Shown piece after piece: positions 27,781-39,900 of a stretch of DNA of 64,000 bases. Under the pieces are notes generated by a model that searched no databases, was not told the DNA's origin, and saw only the letters and a program-made list of their open reading frames with translations. The stretch is from assembly GCF_030144855.1 (NCBI RefSeq), contig NC_082725.1, positions 29,946,001-30,010,000 of the forward strand, given 5' to 3'. Position 1 is the stretch's first letter. Every line of letters begins with the position of its first letter. The DNA is from Hypanus sabinus (taxonomy: Eukaryota). Position numbers and translations under genes: made by a program.

Positions 27781-28149
27781 GACACAAAATGACCCAGATC
27801 TATTGTTACTGGATTTCACCCTGAAACAAAAACAATTCTGAATTGAATTCAAATAGCTTAACAATAAAATTTCTAAGTGCTTGTCTTTTTTTTTCTTGGG
27901 CTTTACGATTAAGTATTTCTACTTTTTTACCATTATCATTTCTTTGAATAGTTGAAATTTAAAGAAGTTACCCAGCTTTTATTCCAGCAGACTTCATAAC
28001 CAAGAATTCTTATGTTGGATTACCGCCAGCAGTCCCATGCAGTGAATGGAAATGCTGCAAAAGCATAAGATAACCGCAAAAATTCAGTGGAGTCTTCCAC
28101 TAATAATACCAACTCCTCTGTCAGACAGAGACCAGTTTTGAAAAGAAAT

Positions 28150-29895
28150 TCATAAGGCCATAAGACATAGGAACAGAATTAGGCCAATCAGCTGATCGGG
28201 TTTGCTCCACCATTCCATCAAGGTTGATTTATTATCCCTCTCAATCCCGTTCTCCGACATTCTCCTCATAACCTTTAACACTCGTACTAATTAATATTCA
28301 GATTCAGATTCAGTTTATTGTCATTTAGAAACCACAACTGCAATGCAGTTAGAAAATGAGACAACGTTCCTCCAGAATGATATCACAAAGGCATATGACA
28401 AAACAGACTGCACCAGAAAATCCACGTAACGTTTGACAATTCCCAATCCAGAGTCCGGAGAGGCTGCTGCGTATTAATATTGTGCTACCATCTTAGCACG
28501 TTCCCTGGAAAGGATCTTCAATCCCACTAGACAAACAAGACCAAAATCTAAAGCTACAAGACCTGCACAAAACCACATAGTTACAACAGTGCAAACAATA
28601 GCATAATTGATAAAAAAAAAACAGAGTATGGGCACAGTAAAAATAGTCCAAAGATGTTAAAGGACTGTAAGTTCAAAAGAAATCACCACACAGTTTCCAC
28701 AAGTCCCCAGGGTCCCGACAGACTCGCCATCTGACACCGGCAGCAGCAGGGAATACCCCCACTATGGACTTCCATGGCGCTGCCCGACTCAGCCTCGCAG
28801 ACGCAGCACACACCGAAAGCGACCTGACCGCAGCGGACTCCGAGTCTGTCGAACCTCCGAGCCGATGACCATCCCCTCCGGCACAGCTTCTCTGAGCACC
28901 ATTCTGTGATGAGCATGTTAAGACAGCCCCACCAATGGCCATCGGCAACACGACCCTGAGGACTGGGGGTCTGTTCTTCCCAGTAGAGTCCCAGACTTCA
29001 CAGCAGCAGCAGCAACGAAGAAGGTCTTCCTGGAGATTTCCCAATGTTCCTCCATGCACCCACATCCGTTTTCAATCAATTATGATTGTGCACGGCACCC
29101 CACTTCACAAATAACAGATAACCAGCTCCGGAGTGGCCACTGCACGCTGCATTGCACCGCCATCTTGCTCGTAATCCTATCAACCCTGGCTTTTATACTC
29201 AGTGACTTGGCCTTCACAGCCACCTATGGCAATGAATTCCACAGATTCATTATCTTCTAGCTAAAGAAATTCCTCTTCATCTCTGTTCTAAATGATTTCT
29301 GCCCTCCTATACTGAGACTATGCCCCCTAGTCCTGGACTCGTTGACTATAAGAAGCCTCCTCTCCACATCCACTCTATCTAGGCTGTTCAGGAGTCAATA
29401 TGTTCAATGAGATTCTCCCTCATTCTTCTAAGCTCCAAGGAGTACAGGCCCAAAGCTGTCAAATGCTCTCCACATGTTAACCCTTTCATTTCCAGGATCA
29501 TTCTCATGAACCTTCTCTAGACCCTCTCTAATGCTAACAATATTATCTTAGACAAGGAGTAGAAACCTGCTCACAATACTCCAGGTGTGGTCTAACCAAT
29601 GCTTCATAAATCTTCGGCATTAGATCCTTGCTTTTAATATTCAAGTCCTCTTGAAATGAATGCTAACATTACATTTGTCTTCCTTACCACCAACTCAGCC
29701 TGCAAGTTAACCTTTAGGGAATTCTGCAGGCGGACTCCCAAGTCGCTTTGTACCTCTGATTTCTATTTTGCTGTCTGTTTAGAAAAGAGTCAATGCATTT
29801 ATTCTTTCTGCCAAAGTGCATGAGCAGTCAATTCCCTACATTTTATTCTACCTGCCATTTTTTCCCTATTCTCCTAATCTGCTTAAATCCCTTAT
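28150..29895 (-). mobile_element. CR1 3' portion interrupted by the insertion at 28296-29167
   Basis: CR1 tail (CATAAG repeats) at 28150; CR1 sequence resumes at 29170. Confidence 0.8.
28296..29167 (-). mobile_element. Non-autonomous retroposon with (CTGAAT)n tail
   Basis: Minus strand starts CAAGATGGCGG and ends AATAAACTGAATCTGAATCTGAAT; CpG-rich; no meaningful ORF. Confidence 0.75.
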
Positions 29896-30196
29896 TCTGA
29901 AAATGAGAAGAAAAGTGTGGAAAGGAAATGGAAAGAAACTTTTGACGGCTGCCTGCTCTCCACAAGAACAACTTGAACAATCTGTAGGTTAATCAGTGCC
30001 TCTGGGATTTCGTTACCAAATCAGCCCAGAATGTTTTGGTGAACAAAAGTAGTGATCAGGTTGTAGTATTGCTATTGATAGATACTGGTGCTCTGGTTAA
30101 TATTTAACCAATACCATCAAAAAGGTGTTAGCATTAACTTTCTTATTGCCATTGATGGGACAATAAATTACAAAATTATTTGTAACCCTTCCCTCC

Positions 30197-30430
30197 TGTT
30201 GTTGTTGTTGTTGTTGTTATTATTGTTGAGCGCCTTTGAGTCACCGTCAACTCATGGTGACCCTATGGATAGTGTAGTTTTCTATAGTGTTTCATGGCAA
30301 GACCCAAAAGCAGATTGCCAGGCCTTTCTTCCATGCAGATATTGCTGCTGCCCAGGTTGGGACACTGGCTGGATTCAAACTCAACACCATCCGCCTCGAA
30401 GTCCAGTGATGATACCACCACAGGTCCAAC
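30197..30430 (-). mobile_element. SINE with RTE-type tail and (AAC)n
   Basis: Minus strand B-box-like GAGTTTGAATCC and tail GGGTCACCATGAGTTGACGGTGACTCAAAGGCGC followed by (AAC)n. Confidence 0.65.
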
Positions 30431-30644
30431 TGGTCCAAGTCTCAACTGTACATTTGATAACTTATTATCTGTAAAATTCTCTCAGATATTCTGCTATCTG
30501 CTAGTATCATATGAGTATTTTTTAAACTCTCTGTACTTTCCTTTGGGATACTGACACATCAACTAATGCCACTAGATTTTCACTGAGATTCACTTTTGAC
30601 AAATATCTTCAGATGACAGTTTAAAACAGACCCAATCATGAATG

Positions 30645-30840
30645 AGAAACACAAGAGACTACAGATGCTAGAATCTGGAGCAACATTAAAAATAAACTTT
30701 TGGAGGGACTCAGCAGATCAAACTGAGGAGGGAAATGGACAGTGGACGTTTCAGGTCCAGACCCTTCATTATTGGTCTGAAGGTTAGAAAGGATATAGCC
30801 AGCATAAAGAGGTGAGGGGAAGAGCTGACTGTCCTTCATC
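30645..30840 (-). mobile_element. Penelope-like terminal fragment
   Basis: CAGATGCTAGAATCTGGAGCAAC...GACGTTTCAGGTCCAGACCCTTCAT. Confidence 0.65.
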
Positions 30841-31511
30841 TTTCAGGGGCTCTGAACCTTTTTTATGCCATGGACCAATACCATTAAGCAAGCAGTCCAT
30901 AGACCCCAGGATTTCAACCTGAAAAGTGTGTACTTTTAAAAATGATGATTAATAAATAAATTCTTGATGCATTTGAAAATGGATCTAATTAATCCACTAT
31001 AACTTGATCTATAGGTTGACACTTCTACCTCTATAGCATACAGTTAACACGTTGAGAAAAAGGTCTCTCAAACTAAGGTTTAGACTGAGTAATTCTAATG
31101 CTTCAACTAATAACGCAGCCCTCTAGCACTGCCTAACTCACTGGAGTAAAATCGGAATTACTGCCTGCGTCTCAGTCTGAGTCATTGTACGTACCATCTA
31201 GATACATACATATTCACACCTCCTTCGAGTTATAATTTTCCCTGTAAGAATAACTGGGATTGTTTGTTTTCTGCTTTCCTTTCACCCATTTACAAAAATA
31301 AGAAAGGCCAAAATGTTTTTAAACATGGGTCTTGAATTTTTACTTTACAGCTTTCTCAGTGTTCATAGTTTGAAATTATAAAATGTTTTCCCCATGAAAA
31401 TAAAATAGAAACAATTCTCTTGGTGAAACACTGCAAATCTTAATCCACAAAGAATAAATGATGCAGTAAACATTTCAATCAAATAAACTCTTACAAGCTA
31501 ATAATATGCCT

Positions 31512-31527
31512 GTGCTGCCCTCTGTTG
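31512..31527 (-). promoter_or_regulatory. Putative CTCF motif
   Basis: CAACAGAGGGCAGCAC matches the CTCF core consensus, in repeat-free DNA. Confidence 0.4.
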
Positions 31528-32273
31528 TTTCTTAGCCCTGTGCCCCAGCGTGAGGAATAGTTTTGCCAGCAAGCAGCTCTCAAATATATGAGCTTCAGGG
31601 TTCTGACACTCTGTGTTTTCAAGTTATCAGTGGCAAAAGGAAAATCCTGTCCTTTCCTGCTTGGTAACTACATGGTGAAAACCGGTGAGATGCAATTTTC
31701 TTTCTGCTTCGTTCTAAAGTCAACCTGAGCAAGCTCACATAAATTGAATTATTCTGCCTTCAGCTCCAGGAAATGAGGCCAGTTTTTCCAAGGAAGTGCA
31801 GATAACTGGCAGTCTGAAAGGTCACAGTATCACGGAGATTGCCCACAGTCAATTATGTTCTCAACCAATTACTTGTATATCCAATACTTTAATATCATTA
31901 GACTAACTCTACTACCTCCATGCTGATGTGCAATATATATAACCTGTGAATCTAACAGGGGCTCTACTTTGCATAAAAAAAACCTTTGAAGCTCAGACGA
32001 AAGCAAAGGATAGGCAGCACAGATTGTTGTTTCACAGAACTGGAGAGGATATATATGCCTTGCATGAGCCAGCATGAAAGCATGTCTGCATTATTCAGAG
32101 TTATTGTATTTAATCTAGATATTATCCTTCTGACTTACCCTATTCCTTTGTTCGTCCATCATCGTGCATTGAATTTCTGGTGACAGAAGAGTCCCCTTTC
32201 TAGTGTTCAAGGTGAAAGCAGAATCCTTGTCATTTTGTGCATCTGACTAACCTTGTGGTGTTTTATCACTCAG

Positions 32274-32327
32274 AAACAATTTCTTGACTTTTGAGATTAA
32301 CATTATCAGAATACAATTCATCCCCAT
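32274..32327 (+). other. Candidate 54-nt cassette exon
   Basis: Branch-point-like CTGACTAAC, ttttatcactcAG acceptor, CAT|GTAAGT donor; one open frame NNFLTFEINIIRIQFIP. Confidence 0.3.
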
Positions 32328-33149
32328 GTAAGTTCCTGATCCCTGTACCAATTTTTCACCGGCATGTTCTAATTCTATAAAACATTGCCCTGGTGACAAT
32401 AGATCCGAAGATGGAACCTGCTGAGCTTCCACCGAGAAATTTCAATTAACTACTTCAGTGAGGAGGCCAGGCCTGCACCTTGACAGTGAGAAGATAGGGA
32501 TTAAAGGATTCAAACATTAAAACCAAATCCAACCAGTTTCTCTGTTTCATTAAAGGACAATAGAGGAACAGCTAACTACTCTGTCCTCAAGATAGGCAGA
32601 GTAGACTCGATGGGCTGAATGGTCTGCTTCTGCTCCTACATCTTATCTTATGACCTTAGTTATTAAACTACTGGGAAAGGCAGTTTTGTGTCTCAATTTT
32701 AACTTGTGCATTTGCAGAAAACTTGGTGGGTGAAAAATGGTGAGGTTCAGTGGATTTAGTCAAATGAAAGCTTGATAAAGAGATGAAGGGAAGAATTTGC
32801 AGGCCTCTGTGGACTAGGACGCTTACAGATCCACTATGGGCATGTGGTTTTATGTTGTGTTGCAAATTACTCTGATTTAATGAATTTGGGGTACAACAAA
32901 CATAAGCAACTCATACCTAGCCCCTGGAAGCTCAGGTTTTGACCATCTCCCAGCACAATGTCTTCTTATATCCCAGCCACCTATCCACAATCTCCACCAT
33001 CTCTCTATGAGCCTCCCTCAGCACCTCTCACAAACTGGCTCTCAGACACACTGGTAGTCTGACTGTCAATAAAAAAACATTGCTCGCATTTCATACAAAT
33101 CCTGGCAGCACATTCTGCAGGATGCATAGAAATCCATTTTCTCATATAT

Positions 33150-33962
33150 CGCACTGGATAATGGATTTGTGGCTAAATTTACAAAGGTAGGTGGAGGAGT
33201 GGGTAGTGTTGAGGAAGCAGAGAGACTTAGATAGTTTAGGGGAATGGGCAAAAAAGTGGCAAATGAAATACAATGTTGGAAAGTGTATGGTCATGCACTT
33301 TGGTGGAAGAAATAAACAGGCAGACTATTGTTTAGATGGGGAGAGATTTCAAAATGCAGAGATGCAAAGGGATTTGTGAGTCCTTATGCAGGATACCCTA
33401 AAGGAAGAAGGTGATTGCAATGTTGGCAGTCATTTAAGAGGTATAGAATATAAGAGCAGGGACGTGATCAGAGCAGGGAAGATTCACGAGAATGATTCCA
33501 GGAATGAAAGGGTTACTGCATGAGAAGCATCCAGCATCTCTTGCGCTGTATTCCCTGGAGTTCAGGAGAATGAGGGGAGATATCATAGAAACATTCCAAT
33601 TGTTAAAAGGCTTGAACAGATAAGATATGGCAAAGTTATTTCCCATGGTAGGGGAGTCTAGGACAAGAGGGTATGACTTCAGTATTGAAGGACATCAATT
33701 GGGAACAGAGAGGCAGAGAAATTTCTTTAGACAGAGGGTGATAAATCTGTGGAATTTGTTGCCACGAGCGACTGTGGTGGCCAAGTCATTGGGTGCATTT
33801 AAGGCAGAGATAGGTTCTTGATTAGCCAGGGCCTCAAAGGGTATGGGGAAAAGCAGGGGAGTTGGGATAACTAGAGGAATTGGATCAGCTATGATTGAAT
33901 GGCAGAGCAGACTCAATGGGCTGAATGGCCTACATCTGCTCCTATATCTTATGGCTTTATAA
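33150..33962 (+). mobile_element. CR1 3' fragment with internal deletion
   Basis: EWAKKWQMKYNVGKC, ESRTRGYDF, RNFFRQRV; tail CTATATCTTATGG. Confidence 0.85.
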
Positions 33963-34497
33963 TCCTAATTCCCACACCTTGCTCTGAATTTTTAGCAGGC
34001 TCAAGTATCCCTGCCACATTGATCAGTAATGTGCTAGAGAGGTAAGCAGGGCATGGTTGAGTTCTTGCTGTATTGCAGTATTTTCACTTAATTAAAGACA
34101 AGGTTCAGCATTTTTGATTTATGTTAATCCGAGCTGGTTTTGTGCCTTTCACAAAAGCCGAGATCTAACAGTGCTCCAGAACTCCCTAACAGATAATTTC
34201 TGGTTTTCTTATAAATTACTCTGATTTTCCTTTATAGCAGTTTAACAGACTCTGTTCACCATCTCAGTTCTTTTTCAATTTGTTTTCTAATTCCATAATA
34301 TCTGAGAACCTACCCTATGAGCTGGGTGGATATATGACCATTGTTGTATATGTCTGAATGCTAGTTACAGTTGAATGTTTAAGAGTTTTAATCATCAGTA
34401 ATTCAGATCATCTTTAATACTCTCTATCATGCAGGCTTGAACAGCTTTGATAATTAGGATGCTAGTGTTATTTGTCAAATAAAAACTATGAATTTTT

Positions 34498-35335
34498 AAA
34501 CATAACAAAGTCTGCAGATGTTGAAAATCCAGAAGCAACACACACAAAATACTGGAGTAACTCAGCATGTCGGACAATATCTATGGAAAAGAGTGAACAG
34601 TTGACGTTTTGGGCCGAGACTGTTTTTCAGGACTGAGAAGGAAAGGGGAAAATGCCTAAATAAAATGGTGGAGGGTGGGGGAAGATGCTAGCTAGAAAGT
34701 GATAGATGAAGCCTGGTGGGTCAGGAAGATGAAGGGCTGGAGAAGATTGAATCTGACAGGAGAAGAGAGTGGAGAAATGGAAGGTGGAGTGGACCCAGGG
34801 GAAGTGAGAGGTCAGAGTGGGAAATAAAGGCGGTGGGGGGAAGAAAATTTGTTCACCAGAAGGTGAAATTGATACTCATGCCATTAAGTTGGAGGATACT
34901 CAGTCACAAAGGGGCCTCCTCTTGTGCAAGATGAGGCCACCCTCAGGGTGGAGGAGCAGAACCTTATATTCCATCTGGGTGCCCTCCAACGTGATGGCAT
35001 GAATATCAATTTCTCCTTCCCCCACCCCTATACCCCACTGTGACCTTTTACTTCTTCTGACCTGCCTACTTCTTCCCCCTGGGTCCCCTCCTCCCCTTTC
35101 TGTTATTGTCAACTCTCCTCTCCAGTCACATTCTTTCTTCTCCAGCCCTTAACCATTCTCACCTATCATCCTCCTGTAAGCCTCTTTTCCCTTCCCTCAG
35201 CTTTTTATTCAGGCATCTTCCACCTTCCTTCTCAGTCCTGAAAGAGGGCCAAAAAGGCCCAAAATATCGATTGTTTTCTCTTTTCCATTGATACTGCCTG
35301 ACATGCTGAGTTCTTCCAGCATTTTGTGTGTGTTA
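34498..35335. mobile_element. Penelope-like element ends in inverted arrangement
   Basis: Right arm encodes GIY-YIG-domain C-terminus EATLRVEEQNLIFHLGALQRDGMNINF; left arm 34498-34890 is a diverged reverse-complement copy. Confidence 0.8.
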
Positions 35336-35777
35336 ATATGAAGTTTTGCTTGTGGCCATATGTAACAATTTGCCTAAAAAGACATGGACAGTGTTACGAA
35401 TGTGGGACAACTCTGATGGGCCGAAGGGTGCAAAGTTGCGCCCTCCTTTTTGAGAATCGCAAGATCGCTATTATTTTGGGTCTGATACCCAGGAAATGAG
35501 AGAGATACACATCACATCAGTAATGAGAGAGAGAGAGAGAGACGCAGGATCACAGCAAAGGCAGTTGTTATAGACAATGTAGAATACACAACAAGGTGGA
35601 ATGTCTCCTAACAAAAGCGGAACAGAACCACAGATTACTGCTATTGTCTCTTGGAGAAGGAATTGTGTATTGAGTACTGCACTATTCATTGAAACCCCTC
35701 AGGGGACAACCAGAGTGGGCTGGTTGAGGGATTGCATCATCTCAACCTGATTGACATCTGAGACCCCGTGAGTAAGG

Positions 35778-36593
35778 TGTTACGCCTGTGCCACAACTCT
35801 GAGGGGCCGAAGCGTACAAGGTAGCCCCCTCCTTTTTGAGAATCGCAAGATCGCTATTAATTCAGGTCAGGAGACCCAGGAAATGAGAGGGAGACATTTG
35901 GAATGTGTCCTGGCCTCTGTGATACAAAGCCACGGATAACGGCCATTGTCTCTTGGAGACGGAATTGTGTATTGAGTACTGTACTTCATGGAAGCCCTCA
36001 GGGAATGATCAGAGGGGGTTGGTTGAGGGATTGCATCATCCCAACCTGATTGACATCTGAGACCCTGTGAGTAAGGATAAAAGAGGGTCTGGGGAACAAC
36101 CCCTTTAGACGCACCAGGAGAAACGCTAGAAATCTTGTGACAGCATTTAATAGTGACAGCCAGTGGAGGACCCACGTGTGTCCTTTCCCGTTGCCCAGGA
36201 TTGAGGCCTTACCATGGAAGACAGCTTAGCTAAAGAAGAGATCACCACTGATGACATTTCGAAGGATCGACATCATAAAAAGGAAATGGGCAAGTTCTAA
36301 AAAAATCGTCTCTCTCTCCAACCAAAAGCTGCAGCCTGAATGAACTTGAGTGACTTTTATATTTCCATAGGACAAAACATTATCCCCTAGACAACGATAG
36401 AGCTAATTCTTATTGATTATTATTATACCCGCGCTTTTAGAGTTAGTATTGATGACGTATATTATCTGTATGTTTGCATTGATATTATTTTTGTGTATTT
36501 TTATCAATAAATACTGTTAAAAATAGTACCATCAAACTTCAACGGACCTCTCTATCTTTGCTGGTAAGTGACCCAGTTACAGGGTACGTAACA
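35778..36593 (+). repeat. 5' LTR
   Basis: TGTTAC...GTAACA; ATAAAAG at ~36077; AATAAA at 36506-36511; about 94% identical to the 3' LTR by manual count. Confidence 0.95.
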
Positions 36594-36596
36594 ACT

Positions 36597-36620
36597 TGGG
36601 TTTCTCGTCTCGGGATTTGA
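36597..36620 (+). promoter_or_regulatory. Primer-binding site, degenerate tRNA-Pro type
   Basis: TGGGTTTCTCGTCTCGGGATTTGA versus tRNA-Pro complement TGGGGGCTCGTCCGGGATTTGA, 3 nt after the LTR. Confidence 0.75.
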
Positions 36621-36708
36621 CACCAAATTGGGGGGGGGGCAGTGAATCGGGCTTGTAAGTCCAAACTCGGATCTGGTTTATGGGTAGCCAGATGGGAAAC
36701 CAGCAAAG

Positions 36709-38665
36709 ATGGACGTGGATGAACTTATAGAAAACCCGCCTCTGGAGGAGCTAGAGGCGGCCACCAAATCGGACTTGATAAATATAGCGAAGAGACTAAA
36801 CCTTGCAGAGGTGAGGTTGTCAATGAAAAAGCGGGAGGTGCGAAGGGCAATAACTCAGTATTATATTGAGAAGAATGTGTTTGCAGCTGAGGTATTGGAA
36901 AATATCCCTGAAAAGGTACCAGCTAGTGGGACGGCTCAGTTAGTTGGAGAAATTAAGGTTGGAACATGAAATTAAATTAAAGCAGCTGGATGCAGCTGAA
37001 AAGGAAAGAGCTGAGAGAGAGAAAGAAAGGGCCAAGAGAGAAAAGGAAAGGGCTGACAAACAAAGGGAGCATGTGCTCCAGCTAAAGGAGTTAGAGGTGA
37101 AACGGGAGCATGAGCTCCAGCTAAAGCAGCTGGAAGCAGCTGAAAAAGAGAGGGAGAGAGCCGAGAAGGAGAGAGAGCATGAGGAGGCAGAGAAACAGAG
37201 GCAATATGACTTGGATATGGAGAAGTTAAGGCAAGAGCGAAGAGTTCAAGGGTCAGACCAAGAGGAGCGGTTTAATGTTAGTCAGGAGCTGAGGTTAGTA
37301 CCTCTGTTTGAGGAAAAGGATATTGATAGTTATTTCTTGCATTTTGAAAAGGTGGCAGTGAATCAAAAGTGGCCCAAAGAGCAGTGGGTGGCGCTGTTAC
37401 AAAGTGTGTTAAAAGGGAAGGCACAACGGGCATATGCGGTGTTGTCCATGGAGGAGGAAGAGGCGGAGGATTATGCCAAAGTAAAGGAGGCCATTCTCTG
37501 GACTTACGAATTGGTACCTGAAGCATATAGACAAATGTTCAGAAATTTAAAGAAAGGGTGGAATCAGATGTATACCGAGTTTGTCTATGAGAAGGGTGTG
37601 CTCTTGGATCGTTGGTGTACAGCAGAATCAGTGGAAGAGAATTTTTGGCATCTCAGGGAGTTAATTCTGATTGAGGAATTTAAAGGTTGTGTTTCGGAGG
37701 ATATCCGGATGTATTTGAATGAGAAGCCAAATAAGCCCATCTCCGAATTTGCTAGGTTCGCAGATGAATATGCCCTAACCCACAAGACAACGTTTTCCTC
37801 GAATAAAAGTTACCAGAGAGACCGTGGGAATGGTAGAGAAAGCCCGCCGGCTAAGGGAGAAACTCAGCCGGGAGCTAGTGGTAAAATTGAGGAGGAAAGG
37901 CAAGAAGCCAGGAGATTTCCTGGCTTGACCTGTTTTAGTTGTGGAAAGATGGGTCATATTGCATCTAAGTGCCCCGCTCCGAGGAAGGAGCCAGGAAAAG
38001 GGAGAGCAGCTATACCTATAGGCTGTATTGCATCGATCAGAAAATTGACAAGAGAGCCCCAGGTAGATGGAGTACAGGAGAGGCATAAGACATTTCGTTC
38101 AGAAGGAACTGTGTTTGTGAGAGAGGGAGACCCACCAGTTCCAGTACGGATCTGGAGAGACACGGGATTGGAGCTGTCATTGATTAGCAGTAAGGTGCTA
38201 GATTTGGGTCCTCAGATGGGAGAGGTAGCCTTGAGAGGAATAGGAAAAGGAACCGAAGTGGTACCCTTGCATAGGTTCATTCTGAATTGTGAGCTGGTAT
38301 CTGGACCAGTGGAATTGGGGGTACTGTCGGAATTACTGGGAGAAGGCATGGACGTCCTTCTTGGTAACGACTTAGCGGGTGGTAAAATGGGTGAAGCCGT
38401 GAAGCTGACAAACAAGCCTGTGAGGGTTGAGGCCCCGCCCCTAGATTCCAAGATCTATCCCGCATGCGCGATCACTCGCAGCATGTCGAGAAAGACAGCT
38501 GAGAAAGAGACCAGTTTAAATCCGGCCAGTATCGACTTGGCTGAGATGTTTTTACCGACCCTGTACCAACAGGGGTTAGAGGGGGGTAAAACGGAGAGTA
38601 GGGAGGAAAAAGAGAGTAAAAGGGAGGAGGTAGACCTACCCTTAGCAAGAAGAGAGTTTGTATGA
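36709..38665 (+). pseudogene. gag (coiled coil, SCAN-like capsid, CCHC) plus protease; frameshift near 36940
   Basis: E/K/R-rich coil; YELVPEAYRQMFR...ELILIEEF; CFSCGKMGHIASKC; RDTG protease motif. Confidence 0.9.
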
Positions 38666-39900
38666 GAACAGAAATGTGACGAGGAGTTGGTAGCGTTGAG
38701 AGAGTCAGTTCTTTCTGAGACCGAGATTGAGACAGAGCCAGAGGGTTACTACCTGAAAGAGGGTGTGTTGATGAGAAAATGGAGGCCCACCATGGTGCCG
38801 GTCAATGAGGATTGGGCGGTGGTACATCAGGTAGTAGTTCCGAAAGTGTATCGGGACGAAATTTTGAACTTAGCTCAAAAGGGACCCTTAGGTGGGCATT
38901 TGGGATAAAGAAGACAGTGGATCGGGTTATGAGAGATTTCTATTGGCCAGACCTGAGAAAAGATATTGCTGAGTATTGTAAAAGGTGACATACATGTCAG
39001 GTGGTGGGTAAGCCGAACCAAGTTATCCCTAAGGCCCCTCTCTGACCCATCCCCGCGTGCGAGGAGCCTTTCTCCCGAGTCATTGTGGATTTTGTGGGTC
39101 CTTTACCTAAAACTGCGAGTGGGCGGCAGTATATCATGACCATGATGTGTGCCGCTACACGATTTCCAGAGGCTGTGCCTCTGGGAAATATTAGGACCTT
39201 TGTGGTGGTAAAGGCCCTCATTAAATTCTTTACCACAGTGGGGCTGCCTAAGGAGATACAGTCGGATCAGGGGAGTACATTCACGTCCAGAGCATTTCAG
39301 CAGATGATGACCCAACTGGGGGTCAAACAAATTTTAGCTTCTGCATACCATCCGGAATCCCAAGGAGTGTTGGAAAGATTCCACGCTACAGTAAGGACCA
39401 TGATTAAAGCTTATTGTCAGGAAAACGTTCGAGACTGGGATGATGCTTTACCCCTTCTGTTATTTGCAGTAAGGGATACAGTTCAGGGATCTCTGGGGTT
39501 CAGTCTGTTTGAGCTCGTTTTTGGTTACAGGCCCAAGGGGCCTCTAACTCTACTTAAAGAGAAGTGGTTTAGTCCGACCGTTCAAGTCAGCGTGATTGAC
39601 TATGTTTTAAAATTCCGGGAAAGGCTACATAAGGTATGCGCCTTGGCAAGAGAAAACCTTAAAGACTCCCAGGAAAAAATGAGAAAATGGTATAACAAAT
39701 GAACGAGAGAGCAAGAGTTTCACGTGGGCGATAAGGTTTTGGTCCTATTTCCTGTAATTACCCACCCCCTACAGGCGAGGTTTCAATGACCGTACACAGT
39801 GTGTAAGAAAATAGACTCGCTGAATTACGTGTTTGAAACCCCTGATAGGCGAAAGCCGACCCAGTTAGTTCATGTGAACATGATGAAAGGGTACCATGAA
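38666..39900 (+). pseudogene. Integrase (zinc finger, DDE core, GPY/F region), disrupted
   Basis: GGHLG then frameshift, FYWP..YCKR*HTCQ, DFVGPLP, QSDQGSTF, YHPESQGVLERFH, FQ*PY...VHVNMMK. Confidence 0.9.

Noticed and set aside
30088-30474. ORF with a poly-Leu 'signal/TM' stretch
   Set aside because: The poly-Leu comes from the (GTT)n SINE tail
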